Origin: an uncultured Verrucomicrobiae bacterium
GTDB lineage: Bacteria > Chlamydiota > Chlamydiia > Chlamydiales > Rhabdochlamydiaceae
Direction of reading: 5' to 3'
Length of the DNA stretch: 64,000 bases
NCBI GenBank assembly: GCA_963806855.1
Contig: CAWDYW010000001.1
Location: forward strand, 800,001-864,000
Part shown: one piece after another, positions 35,253-44,104 of the stretch
Layout of the letters: each line of letters begins with the position of its first letter
Position numbering within the stretch: the first letter of the stretch is position 1
Position numbers and translations under genes: made by a program
Notes under the pieces: generated by a model
The model's database searches: none
What the model was told of the DNA's origin: nothing
The model's input: the letters and a program-made list of their open reading frames with translations, nothing else

Positions 35253-35363
35253 TTCGAGTCCAAACGAAAGCCAAACTTTTGGCTTTCTCCGCCCCCAAAA
35301 ATAAAAATACCCGCTACTTCGTGCGGGATTTTTGGGGGTGGCTGGACGCATTCAGAACTTTTG
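35253..35363. repeat. Partial tRNA-linked repeat with type-B spacer and tRNA-3'-like junction
   Basis: Near-identical to the array unit end, followed by tgggggtggctggacgcattcagaacttttg. Confidence 0.8.
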
Positions 35364-35422
35364 TTAGTTTAGAAAGCCTTGAGTTGGTAAAATCCTTCCT
35401 AAGGAATTGGGGGTAATTGATT

Positions 35423-35722
35423 ATGGATAAGTCAATCGTTCTTTGGGTAAAAATCACACCAAAGCCCGAGTTTTTTAAGGATACAAAGGAAGCGATGTTG
35501 AAAATCATTCCTCAAGCTTTAGAAGATAAAGGATGCAAATGTTTTTCTTTGCATGAATCAAATATGGAAGGAGATCACTCGTTTTATTTATATGAGATTT
35601 TTGATTCTCAGGATGCGTATACTCGATACGCCGAACAGCCTTTTTCTTTAAAAATAAGAGAATTGTTTAAGCTTTGGTTAGCTTGTCCTCCTTCTTTAAT
35701 TAAATTATCAAAAGTACTATGA
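35423..35722 (+). CDS. ABM-domain (antibiotic biosynthesis monooxygenase-like) protein
   Basis: KPE, E.GC..F.LH and FYLYEIF...AY..Y pattern. Confidence 0.75.
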   Translation: MDKSIVLWVKITPKPEFFKDTKEAMLKIIPQALEDKGCKCFSLHESNMEGDHSFYLYEIFDSQDAYTRYAEQPFSLKIRELFKLWLACPPSLIKLSKVL

Positions 35723-35779
35723 AAAAAGACCTGAAAAATTTCGGGTCTTGCGTTTTGAGTGGCTCGACAAAAAGAACGG

Positions 35780-35905
35780 CCCTTTTTCAGCCTCAGATCA
35801 TTGAGCGCAAATCCTTTGACAATGAATTCGCGAAGCGTGTTAGTAGCCCATATCCTAAAATGAGTAGCTTTCATTGAGTTAACTCGATACCCCACTGCAA
35901 TGACG
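35780..35905 (-). pseudogene. RhuM-like gene fragment
   Basis: VIAVGYRVNSMKATHFRIWATNTLREFIVKGFALNDLRLK. Confidence 0.75.
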
Positions 35906-36016
35906 CATCCAAGTCTCGCATTGAGCTGGTTGTCAAACTTCAAAAATCAACGCCCGAATTTCGGCGGCAGCTTTTAATCCATTCGCTATACTGGGTTGTA
36001 ATCAAGAGGCAAAGGG

Positions 36017-36094
36017 ATGATAACCACCAAGACAAAGAAAAAATATTACAAAGCCCTAATCGATAAAAATCCAGAGTATGAAGGCCTTTTCTAG
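36017..36094 (+). pseudogene. N-terminal fragment of an Ada-type metal-binding regulator
   Basis: YYKALIDKNPEYEGLF followed by a stop. Confidence 0.5.
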
Positions 36095-36104
36095 CTCCGA
36101 TGGA

Positions 36105-36235
36105 GAAAGGTTTTGATTTTTAATGCCACATTAATGGAGATTTTGAGCAGCTTTTCAAGCCCCTCAGGCCCAAGACATTTTCTCCATCTTGTAAGAGAAG
36201 TTGGATGTGCTGGAAGTTCCCATGCAAAAAATCGT
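36105..36235 (-). mobile_element. IS5-family transposase fragment
   Basis: FFAWELPAHPTSLTRWRKCLGPEGLEKLL. Confidence 0.7.
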
Positions 36236-36244
36236 ATCCGCAAA

Positions 36245-36350
36245 AAGCTTTTTTGGGCAATTTCTACCATGGCATCATTGAAATCTATGCCTTCACAAGA
36301 ATAACCGCATTGCTCTAGCATTGAAAGATGTGTTCCAGTGCCACAGCTAA
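36245..36350 (-). pseudogene. Class I methyltransferase fragment cut by a Tn3-type repeat
   Basis: SCGTGTHL...GYSCEGIDFNDAMVEIA. Confidence 0.6.
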
Positions 36351-36356
36351 AAAATC

Positions 36357-36394
36357 CTTAACGTGTTTTAAATCCCGGTTTCTGAGACGACCCC
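36357..36394 (-). mobile_element. Tn3-family (Tn21-like) 38-bp terminal inverted repeat
   Basis: Reverse strand GGGGTCGTCTCAGAAACCGGGATTTAAAACACGTTAAG has the GGGG...ACG.TAAG architecture; 32/38 identical to the Tn21 IR as recalled. Confidence 0.8.
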
Positions 36395-36411
36395 AAGTAG
36401 CAAAATGGTAA

Positions 36412-36798
36412 TTAAAAATCTTCTCGTATGGAATCAAGCATGACAAGCTCTTCCCCCTTTTTTATGTTTCTCTGAGCAATGTCCATTTGCTTCTCAAAAT
36501 CAGGTATTACATTACATATGTTTGGGTCTGTAGACCGATTTATATGTCTTTCTGGATCTGGATAAAAATATAGAACACCGTTGCGTTTGTGGCAGAAGTT
36601 GCTTTTTTCATATTTAGGAAGATTGAGATATTCATCATCTGTTAAAATCTTCAAACTCCATTTTATCAATACCTCCCCTTTCTTAAAGTTTCTATTAGCA
36701 TAAGCGCCTAGGCCATCTTCAAATTGACCAATTCCTGATTGTTTTATTAAAATATCTCCAAAATATTGTTCGATATCAGTCGAATCCTTTTTTTTCAT
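36412..36798 (-). CDS. Small SET-domain protein
   Basis: GLGAYANRNFKKGE, RHINRS.DPN and AQRNIKKGEEL motifs. Confidence 0.8.
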   Translation of the reverse strand: MKKKDSTDIEQYFGDILIKQSGIGQFEDGLGAYANRNFKKGEVLIKWSLKILTDDEYLNLPKYEKSNFCHKRNGVLYFYPDPERHINRSTDPNICNVIPDFEKQMDIAQRNIKKGEELVMLDSIREDF

Positions 36799-36842
36799 CT
36801 GACTTCTCCATGAGTTATATGATTTTCAGACATTCTGATTTC

Positions 36843-36863
36843 TCCGTTTTCTGAGACGCCGCC
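36843..36863 (-). mobile_element. Degenerate outer part of a second Tn3-type IR in the same orientation
   Basis: Reverse strand GGCGGCGTCTCAGAAAACGGA. Confidence 0.55.
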
Positions 36864-36911
36864 TTATTGTTCCTTTGCGCCTCACCCCCAGAATGGAATC
36901 AGGAAGAGGGG

Positions 36912-37394
36912 TTATGCAGGATGGCTAGTGCTGTCTACCTTATTTTCAATAACCGTTTTGGCGTTGCTAAAATCTTTTCTGACAGTATTTTTATGGAAAA
37001 CCCAACCAATTAAACTAATGCCTTGCCAACGTTTAGCAACATGGATTGCCAGAGTAGAATGTTGCCCTATCTGAAATAAACGCAATGACGAAATCTCGTT
37101 ACCAATTTTTAGGTCTATGACACCGTGATTCTTGTTTTCAACAAATGTCATCGGATAAGAATGACCGAATTGATCATCTACTTGATATACGTTGACCCCT
37201 TGTGAAGATATATTTTTTATCCAAAATGGATACAGTTTTTTATATTGAAGAGGGTCAGAAAAAGATTGCCACACAAGCTCATAGTCCCTACGGATAACAA
37301 GCGAATGAACATGATAGGGATTAACTGCTCTAATGGACAGTATAATTAAAGAAGCAATTAATAAAGCAACAAGTAGCAAAACACACATCATCAT
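36912..37394 (-). CDS. Hypothetical membrane-anchored protein (possible SRPBCC fold)
   Basis: N-terminal TM helix; VW..SDP..Y..L.P pattern. Confidence 0.55.
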   Translation of the reverse strand: MMMCVLLLVALLIASLIILSIRAVNPYHVHSLVIRRDYELVWQSFSDPLQYKKLYPFWIKNISSQGVNVYQVDDQFGHSYPMTFVENKNHGVIDLKIGNEISSLRLFQIGQHSTLAIHVAKRWQGISLIGWVFHKNTVRKDFSNAKTVIENKVDSTSHPA

Positions 37395-37651
37395 TTAACC
37401 AATTGAACAAAGAGCTCTTGCACCCCTTGATAGTATTTTAGGTAGCACCGGCATTAAAACCTATGAGACTGGACCAAACCATTATTGAGAGCCAGATTAC
37501 CACAAACGCAGAATCTTCTCCAATAGGTTATGATAAACCATAAGTATGCTGATTTGTGTATATTGGGGTTTAGGGAGCAATGGAACAGATAACTCCATTA
37601 AGAGGCCAAACAGTAGGGACTGAAGGAACTATTATTAAGAGCTTTTGCTGT

Positions 37652-37885
37652 TCAAAATCGGGAAGTACTGAGAAGAAGATTCATTTGCCGTCGCTCTAAA
37701 ATCGCCTCGGCTGAGTAAAAACCATGCTTAGTTTTCGCTTCTTTCATACGCTGCAAGCCTTCCGCAGTCCTCGGACCACAACTTTTTCCGCCATGCCATT
37801 TGCATCGCCCGTTTGCCATTGCAAAGTTTTTGCATCGACTATGGTCATCTGTCTTTGTTCTGGCTCCGCATTCTCGAGTATACAT
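37652..37885 (-). CDS. HGGxSTG-domain protein
   Basis: CGARTK...C...AMANGRCKWHGGKSCGPRTAEG...KHG.YS; AAGGAGG RBS. Confidence 0.8.
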   Translation of the reverse strand: MYTRECGARTKTDDHSRCKNFAMANGRCKWHGGKSCGPRTAEGLQRMKEAKTKHGFYSAEAILERRQMNLLLSTSRF

Positions 37886-38010
37886 GGGGTCGTCCCCTCC
37901 TTTAGGTGGTTGAGAAAAGGGGAGTTTTGTGCTGCTTTGATTTGGCCGAGTGCGTAAAATTTGAGTAATTTGCGTAAATGTCTTGACTTGACAGTATTCC
38001 AGAGAGCAAA

Positions 38011-38475
38011 ATGCAAATCGTGAATGCTCAATTCGATAAAGCTAAAACAGTTGAAATACTTATGAAACCCACTCAGCATCAAGAAACTTTCATCATGATT
38101 GAACGTCCGATTGTAATTGAATTCAAAAGCGAGAATTTAATAAATATTCTCAACCGTTTTCAGAAGATTCAGTTGATTGCAACTGAAAATAGAATTGAAT
38201 TCTCTGGAGAGTTTCCGATCCATACTCGATATTTCAGCAATGGCGATAGACCTCTTGTAGCTCTGGTAAAACATAGTGGAACTGCGAGATTACGATATGG
38301 AATTGGAAATGAGGATGTTGTAATACCTGATCAGAATTTTGTATTTTTTGATGATAGCGTGCCCCATGCATGGGTTTTCAACAAATGCAATCTAGAGATT
38401 TACTATTATCGCCTGACAGATAATGAACGACCTGCGCCCACAACAGGCGATTATTGCTTGGATAATTATTTCTAA
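38011..38475 (+). CDS. Hypothetical cupin-like protein
   Basis: Beta-rich sequence; IH and FDDSVPHAW motifs. Confidence 0.55.
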   Translation: MQIVNAQFDKAKTVEILMKPTQHQETFIMIERPIVIEFKSENLINILNRFQKIQLIATENRIEFSGEFPIHTRYFSNGDRPLVALVKHSGTARLRYGIGNEDVVIPDQNFVFFDDSVPHAWVFNKCNLEIYYYRLTDNERPAPTTGDYCLDNYF

Positions 38476-38574
38476 TTGTTCTTGGGCTTTTCTCAGAAGT
38501 GCATCATGTTAAATTGTCCAATTGGTTCGCCAGTTCCACAGCCTAAATCCAGCACTGTTGCACCTGGTTTTAGA

Positions 38575-39183
38575 TTCGACTTCGAGTCCAAACGAAAGCC
38601 AAACTTTTGGCTTTCTCCGCCCCCAAAAAAATCAAAACCTCGCATTCGCGAGACATTTTTTTTGGGGGCGGTAGGCTCGCCCTCTCGCGGGGACTGCGTC
38701 TCCCGTCTCCAAGGGCCGGTCTCCGGCGGTCTCGCAAGCTCGACAACGCCTTCGACTTCGAGTCCAAACGAAAGCCAAACTTTTGGCTTCTTCCGCCCCC
38801 AAAAATAAAATACCCGCTACTTCGTGCGGGATTTTTGGGGGCGGTAGGCTCGCCCTCTCGCGGGGACTGCGTCTCCCGTCTCCAAGGGCCGGTCTACGGC
38901 GGTCTCGCAAGCTCGACAACGCCTCCGACTTCGAGTCCAAACGAAAGCCAAACTATTGGCTTTCTCCGCCCCCAAAAAAATCAAAACCTCGCATTCGCGA
39001 GGCATTTTTTTGGGGGCGGTAGGCTCGCCCTCTCGCGGGGACTGCGTCTCCCGTCTCCAAGGGCCGGTCTACGGCGGTCTCGCAAGCTCGACAACGCCTT
39101 CGACTTCGAGTCCAAACAGAAGCCAAACTTTTGGCTTCTTCCGCCCCCAAAAATAAAATACCCGCTACTTCGTGCGGGATTTT
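38575..39183. repeat. Tandem ~175-bp structured repeat array (~3.5 units)
   Basis: Units start at 38575, 38751, 38924 and 39099; two alternating hairpin spacers. Confidence 0.95.
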
Positions 39184-39236
39184 TGGGGGCGGTTGGACTC
39201 GAACCAACGGAGACCGAAGTCGAGGGATTTACAGTC
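39184..39236 (-). mobile_element. att-like copy of the tRNA-Tyr 3' half
   Basis: Identical to 45018-45070; part of a 401-bp direct repeat (38836-39236 = 44670-45070). Confidence 0.9.
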
Positions 39237-39430
39237 ATATAAAAACTAGTCACCACAATCAACCCCAATACCTAACAATAAAACCTTCAGCTTCTTACGC
39301 CGTTTACTTGATTGCCAAGTATTGCAGATTCTTGTGATTTATTGCCAGTAATCCCCCCATAAACCGCCCATCGAGTTCGAGAGGATCTTGATATTTACAG
39401 AGGGAGGATAGTTCTGCCGCGAAAGTGAAA

Positions 39431-40273
39431 TTATTCCAAAATCACAGGACCTCCTAGCCAAAAAACATCATTGGATTGATCCATTTTGAGTTCACCACCC
39501 AGTACTTGAATTGTCACAGTCGCATCGGGAAGGATGAACTTTTGTTCGATAGCCACTTTTGTGCAAGCTAAACTACCTGTTCCACAAGCCTTTGTTATGG
39601 CATAAACCCCTCGTTCATAGGTCAGTACCTCTAATCGATGTTGATCTATGCATCGGAAGCAATTGACGTTGATCCCATGAGGAAATCTTATCTTCCATCT
39701 GCTATTGAGTTGCAGCCCAATCTGAGATAAGAGTTCGGCGTCGAAAAAATCATCTGTGACTAGATGCGGCTCGACACAATCGACAAACCGGAATGTGTAG
39801 TGCGCCCGGTGAAAATCGAATATTAACTCCTCAGTAGTGAGAAGGGGTGTTCCCATTTTAACTAAGCTGCCCTCATTGCCATATTTGAACTCGTGCTCAC
39901 CCAGACGTGATACCAGGACAAACTGACGATGCACAACTCCATATTTTCGATGAAGATATAGACCAACTGCACGTGCTCCATTGCCACAAAAATCAGCTTC
40001 TGTTCTATCGGGCTCTAGTACGTGCATTTTTAGTTTTATGGTGTGGTCGTCTTCCTCTACTTTTCTAAGAACAAGAGCATCATCAACATGTGCCACACTC
40101 AGAATAGTCCATATTTTCTCTTTTACAGCTTCCCATTCTTGATTTGTGAACTCATTGCCCAAACAATCAAAGATAAGGAACGTATTGCCACATGCATCTG
40201 CATATGTGCCCTCTATCTGATGGTTATTGAGTAATAGTAATTGCTGTTGTTTTTGTGGTTTCATCATAATCAT
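39431..40273 (-). CDS. DapF-family PLP-independent epimerase/racemase
   Basis: CGNTF, FCGNGAR, PH and ERGV...ACGTG; both catalytic cysteines present. Confidence 0.85.
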   Translation of the reverse strand: MIMMKPQKQQQLLLLNNHQIEGTYADACGNTFLIFDCLGNEFTNQEWEAVKEKIWTILSVAHVDDALVLRKVEEDDHTIKLKMHVLEPDRTEADFCGNGARAVGLYLHRKYGVVHRQFVLVSRLGEHEFKYGNEGSLVKMGTPLLTTEELIFDFHRAHYTFRFVDCVEPHLVTDDFFDAELLSQIGLQLNSRWKIRFPHGINVNCFRCIDQHRLEVLTYERGVYAITKACGTGSLACTKVAIEQKFILPDATVTIQVLGGELKMDQSNDVFWLGGPVILE

Positions 40274-41102
40274 GCCTTGTTTTAAAAATTCTATTAATAG
40301 CTAAATAATATTCTCCTTGTTCGGAGTACATCCCTCTGTAGTAGAGTGGATAAAGGGTCGCGAGCGAAATTGTATGAATCCTTTTCAGCACAAGTGGTTC
40401 GGTGAACTGCTCGTTTCTCACTGTGGTTGAAACAAAGTAGTTTTCGGGATGTAAAACTTTAGGCAGTCCCTCGACTACAAAACCCATTTTGAAGAAATTC
40501 ATAATGATTTCGCATAGCTGGCAGAGCTCATGTTTACCTCGAGCCGAGTTTTGTAAGAACTCGGCTGATTCCGCAGGTAATTGAGAGACAATGTTTTGCT
40601 TTAATTTTCCCTCTCTAAGAAAAAATGCAATCCCATTTTTCCGAACAATATGGTGAAATGTTTTTCTCCAGCTTTTCTCCTTTGGCTCTCCTTTTTGCAA
40701 AAATGAAGCTACTTCATCCTCTGCATTTACAATCTCATCCTCGTTTGTGTAACAACGCTCTGCATCTTTGATATCCAACACAAAAAGTTGCACTCGACTA
40801 GGTGAGAGATGGCTATTTGAATAGTCCATCTGGCTTTGTAGGTCGGTGACGGTGCATTCTTTTATCAAGTTCTTTAAAAATCTTGAGTTTTGATTTCCAT
40901 TGATCGGTTGCACATCACAACACAAACAACCGAGTTGCTGTTCAATTTGTTGTGCATAGCACCTAAAGTCAGTCCTAGCGCCATCTAAAGACTGGATAGG
41001 GATCGCCTTGAGAGCAATTTCTACAGTTTTACGATCGTCAAGTTGTAGGAAGTAGGAAAGTGCAAACCCACTATCAACTCTATTGATACTGAATACATTC
41101 AT
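40224..41102 (-). CDS. Hypothetical protein
   Basis: Long ORF; its ATG overlaps the symporter stop (ATGA). Confidence 0.7.
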   Translation of the reverse strand: MNVFSINRVDSGFALSYFLQLDDRKTVEIALKAIPIQSLDGARTDFRCYAQQIEQQLGCLCCDVQPINGNQNSRFLKNLIKECTVTDLQSQMDYSNSHLSPSRVQLFVLDIKDAERCYTNEDEIVNAEDEVASFLQKGEPKEKSWRKTFHHIVRKNGIAFFLREGKLKQNIVSQLPAESAEFLQNSARGKHELCQLCEIIMNFFKMGFVVEGLPKVLHPENYFVSTTVRNEQFTEPLVLKRIHTISLATLYPLYYRGMYSEQGEYYLAINRIFKTRHDYDETTKTTAITITQ

Positions 41103-42442
41103 ATGGCCCTCTCTGAATTTTGAGATGTTTCCGGCAACGTAAAATCGATTTCTTTTCTCAGCCTGAAAATCCCTAGTAAATTTATGATGAGTAACATACA
41201 TCCGGAAAGTGACATGACAAGCAGCGCCTTCGATTGATCAAAAAATGAGAAACAAAAGAGGAATGCGGCTGCGAGAAAAAGGTACACTTTTTCTCCGTAG
41301 TTGGAATGCAACTGACGAGCGCATTTCAGTCCCACAAGCAAATATGAAATCAACGTTGTATAAACAAGAACGAATAAGAAAAGAGGCATGAAAATCTCTT
41401 GCCCTGGGAAATGGAATGACAACGCTTTTTGAACGACCAGCGTTGAGTCCACCTGGGGAGCTGCATACCAAAGACCTGTGCAGAGCGCCACCAAAAGAGA
41501 GCACGTGCACACAAGATTGTCGATAAAAACCCCAAAGATCGTGAGGCGTGCTTGTGAAACTAGTTTTTCAGCACTCGTTTCACTATGAATAATCGAGTCA
41601 TATCCTATACCGATGTCCGCCGAGTAGACTGATCGTGCGATACCATTTTGCAGGGCAAGCAGAATGGAGCTGCCTACAAAGCCGCCAAGTGCCGCATGAC
41701 CCGTAAAAGCAGACTTGAAAATCGTAACGAATAAGCCCGGGAGCTCTGGGATATGATGGCCAATCACCCAGAAGCACATCGCTATGTATACTAAAGTGAA
41801 CGCCGGCATGAGCAGAGAACAGATTTTCCCAACCCGCTGAATCCCTCCAATTACGGCATATAAAATCAAAGAAAGTATCCCTAGTGAGACCACAACATGA
41901 TCAAGCTGCCAATTGGTTGAAATGCTATGCGTAAGAACGGAAAATTGATAGATTTCAGCTCCATAAATACACAATAAAATGCAGACCAAGGTCCCAATCC
42001 AGCGAACATTAAAAGCTTTTCGCAAGAAATGGATGCTTCCACCGTCATAGCCCCCTTTTTCATTAGGGACGCGGTATTTTAACCCTAAAAACACTTCTGA
42101 GTATTTGATTATCGACCCTAAGAAAGCCGCGATCCAAACCCAGAAAATAGCTCCTGGACCACCCAATTGAAGAGCAGTGATAATCCCCACAATATTGCCA
42201 ACACCCACCATCCCTCCTACTGAAGTGAAAAACACTTTTAGTGGATGGGTTCCCCGAGAAGAGCCGGCGCGATAGCGGATAAACTCCGAAAAAGTGCGTA
42301 TAATCGTAGGGAACGATCGAATCTGAAAAAATCGTGTTTTGATAGTAAAGTAACTACCCAATACAGCGATGATTGCAAAACCAATATAGCTCCAAAAAAA
42401 CGCATCTAAACGTGATAAAAAATCAAAAACATGATTAAACAT
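41099..42442 (-). CDS. Alanine/glycine:cation symporter (AGCS, AlsT/DagA-like)
   Basis: GGMVGVGNIVG, GGPGAIFW, KYSE, AFTG and FIDNLVCT motifs. Confidence 0.92.
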   Translation of the reverse strand: MFNHVFDFLSRLDAFFWSYIGFAIIAVLGSYFTIKTRFFQIRSFPTIIRTFSEFIRYRAGSSRGTHPLKVFFTSVGGMVGVGNIVGIITALQLGGPGAIFWVWIAAFLGSIIKYSEVFLGLKYRVPNEKGGYDGGSIHFLRKAFNVRWIGTLVCILLCIYGAEIYQFSVLTHSISTNWQLDHVVVSLGILSLILYAVIGGIQRVGKICSLLMPAFTLVYIAMCFWVIGHHIPELPGLFVTIFKSAFTGHAALGGFVGSSILLALQNGIARSVYSADIGIGYDSIIHSETSAEKLVSQARLTIFGVFIDNLVCTCSLLVALCTGLWYAAPQVDSTLVVQKALSFHFPGQEIFMPLFLFVLVYTTLISYLLVGLKCARQLHSNYGEKVYLFLAAAFLFCFSFFDQSKALLVMSLSGCMLLIINLLGIFRLRKEIDFTLPETSQNSERAI

Positions 42443-42586
42443 AAAAATCCCATAGTAAAATAGTTTAATTCCGAAAATTATTATTCAGAACAAATCGAAA
42501 ACATAATGTGCTAAGAAGAAAAGGCTAAAAAACCAGATCTTAGAAGCTGTATAAAGTCATAAATATGTAAAAAAAAGGGGGGGGGG

Positions 42587-42724
42587 TTACTTTTGCTTTC
42601 GCTTAGTAACAAGAGATGGCTTTCGTTTCAAAGCCTTGAAAGAAGAAAAGAAAGAAAGAGATTGAACTGTTGTAATGAGACTACCTTGGTGTTCTAACAA
42701 AGGCGTCTGTTCTTGCCTATGCAT
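42587..42724 (-). CDS. 45-aa small ORF, possible leader peptide
   Basis: AAGGA RBS; MHRQEQTPLLEHQGSLITTVQSLSFFSSFKALKRKPSLVTKRKQK*. Confidence 0.45.
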   Translation of the reverse strand: MHRQEQTPLLEHQGSLITTVQSLSFFSSFKALKRKPSLVTKRKQK

Positions 42725-42769
42725 ATTTGTTCCTTTTGTTAAGCATGCCCATTATGGGCATAGGATTAT

Positions 42770-42798
42770 ATTTTAGCAAAAAATGACTATTATATCAA
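42770..42798 (-). promoter_or_regulatory. Sigma70/66-type promoter for the small ORF-symporter operon
   Basis: TTGATA-17 bp-TAAAAT on the minus strand. Confidence 0.55.
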
Positions 42799-42813
42799 GA
42801 CATTTGATCTCAC

Positions 42814-42843
42814 TTGCGAGTTTGTCGATTTTTTTGATAGAAT
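42814..42843 (+). promoter_or_regulatory. Sigma70/66-type promoter for dtd
   Basis: TTGCGA-18 bp-TAGAAT. Confidence 0.45.
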
Positions 42844-42873
42844 TATCCGCTAACTATCAAGGGGATATAATAT

Positions 42874-43323
42874 ATGCGGCTGTTAGTTCAGGTGGTAAAA
42901 GAAGCTACGGTGACAAATAATGACAAGACCGCAGACTCTATTAATCGCGGGCTGTTGATCTTTTTTGGGACCCATATTCAGGATACGCTGCCTACCTCCG
43001 AATGGATGGCAGAAAAGATCTCTAATCTGCGCATTTTGCCCGATTCGGACGACAAAATGAATCTTTCCATCAAAGATACAGGGGGAGCAGTATTGATTGT
43101 ATCTCAATTCACGCTATATGCGGATTGCTCACAAGGGAGAAGACCCTCCTTTACTAACGCGGCCCCTCCCCCTCTAGCCAAAGAGCTCTATGAGAAGTTT
43201 GTGTCTGCAATGAGAGCTCGTGTAAAAACCGTAGAAACAGGCGTATTTGGGGATTTGATGGCCGTATCATTGATCAATGACGGTCCCATGACATTCATCA
43301 TCGATTCTCCTCCTCCTAAGTAA
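42874..43323 (+). CDS. dtd: D-aminoacyl-tRNA deacylase
   Basis: MRLLVQ start, VSQFTL, GRRPSF and NDGPMT motifs. Confidence 0.95.
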   Translation: MRLLVQVVKEATVTNNDKTADSINRGLLIFFGTHIQDTLPTSEWMAEKISNLRILPDSDDKMNLSIKDTGGAVLIVSQFTLYADCSQGRRPSFTNAAPPPLAKELYEKFVSAMRARVKTVETGVFGDLMAVSLINDGPMTFIIDSPPPK

Positions 43324-43371
43324 ATGAATTCTCATGGAGCTTCCCATAAATACTCTGGTTAGAACTTTCTG

Positions 43372-43401
43372 TTTGACATATGTCAAAAATTCAAGTACAA
43401 T
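43372..43401 (+). promoter_or_regulatory. TA-operon promoter with palindromic operator
   Basis: TTGACA-17 bp-TACAAT; perfect palindrome TTTGACATATGTCAAA at 43372-43387. Confidence 0.75.
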
Positions 43402-43428
43402 TAAGATTATTAAAAAGGACACTAGGGC

Positions 43429-43725
43429 ATGGCGAACTGGACGGTAACTTTTAAACTGGCAGCAAAAAAGCAATATAAGCAACTGGAAAGAAGTGGATCA
43501 AAGCCATCGGTAAATGATGCGATTGACGCTCTAGCGCTCGACCTACAGCAAAATGGGCCAAACTTACCGAGCTGGCCAAATTATGGCCCTTTAGGTAAAG
43601 ATCAATATCATTGCCATCTCCGCAAGGGGAAGCCAACATATGTCGCCTGTTGGAGAGTAATAAATAAGCAAGCTAAGGAAATAGAGGTATACTATGTCGG
43701 AACACATGAACAAGCTCCATACTAA
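43429..43725 (+). CDS. RelE/HigB-like toxin
   Basis: WPNYG.L...YHCHL.KG.PTYVACW...IEVYYVGTHE.APY; toxin precedes antitoxin. Confidence 0.75.
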   Translation: MANWTVTFKLAAKKQYKQLERSGSKPSVNDAIDALALDLQQNGPNLPSWPNYGPLGKDQYHCHLRKGKPTYVACWRVINKQAKEIEVYYVGTHEQAPY

Positions 43726-44092
43726 AAAGGAAATGACCTACAAAGTGGTCATCGAATTGCCTGGGAAGAAAAAGTTGCATTCTTTTGTCCCTGCCAAGCA
43801 CTTGGAAAAGCTTGAAGCCTTTCTAGAGAAATATGGCCAGCCCGAGGAGTCTATTCTTTGGGAAGAGCTTGCTGCCAGCCGCATTAAGAAATATGGAAAG
43901 GCTGGATTGGCTTTGAGAGGAGCTCGCTTTAGGGAAGGTTTATCTCAAAAGGAATTGGCTAAACGATGTGGTATTAGTCAGGAAAATATCTCTAAAATGG
44001 AAAATGGGCAGAGACCTATCGGAGAAAAAGTGGCGAAGAAGTTGGCCAAAGCTCTGAAAATTGATTACAAACTTTTATTTGAATCTGAGTAG
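43694..44092 (+). CDS. XRE-family HTH antitoxin
   Basis: LRGARFREGLSQKELAKRCGISQENISKMENG. Confidence 0.85.
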   Translation: MSEHMNKLHTKKEMTYKVVIELPGKKKLHSFVPAKHLEKLEAFLEKYGQPEESILWEELAASRIKKYGKAGLALRGARFREGLSQKELAKRCGISQENISKMENGQRPIGEKVAKKLAKALKIDYKLLFESE

Positions 44093-44104
44093 TTCGGTAG
44101 ATTT

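Noticed and set aside
38664..38801. tmRNA or a true tRNA gene in the repeat unit
   Set aside because: It has acceptor-like ends but no D/anticodon cloverleaf or tag reading frame, and is too short for tmRNA
38575..39183. CRISPR array
   Set aside because: The conserved part is ~140 bp, the spacers are only two recurring hairpins, and no cas genes are present
33169..39236. Additional functional tRNA-Tyr genes
   Set aside because: Both copies lack the 5' acceptor strand and D-arm
38476..39337. Overlapping ORFs across the repeat array (also 44352-45142)
   Set aside because: They are translations of repeat and tRNA sequence in several frames on both strands, with no coding signal
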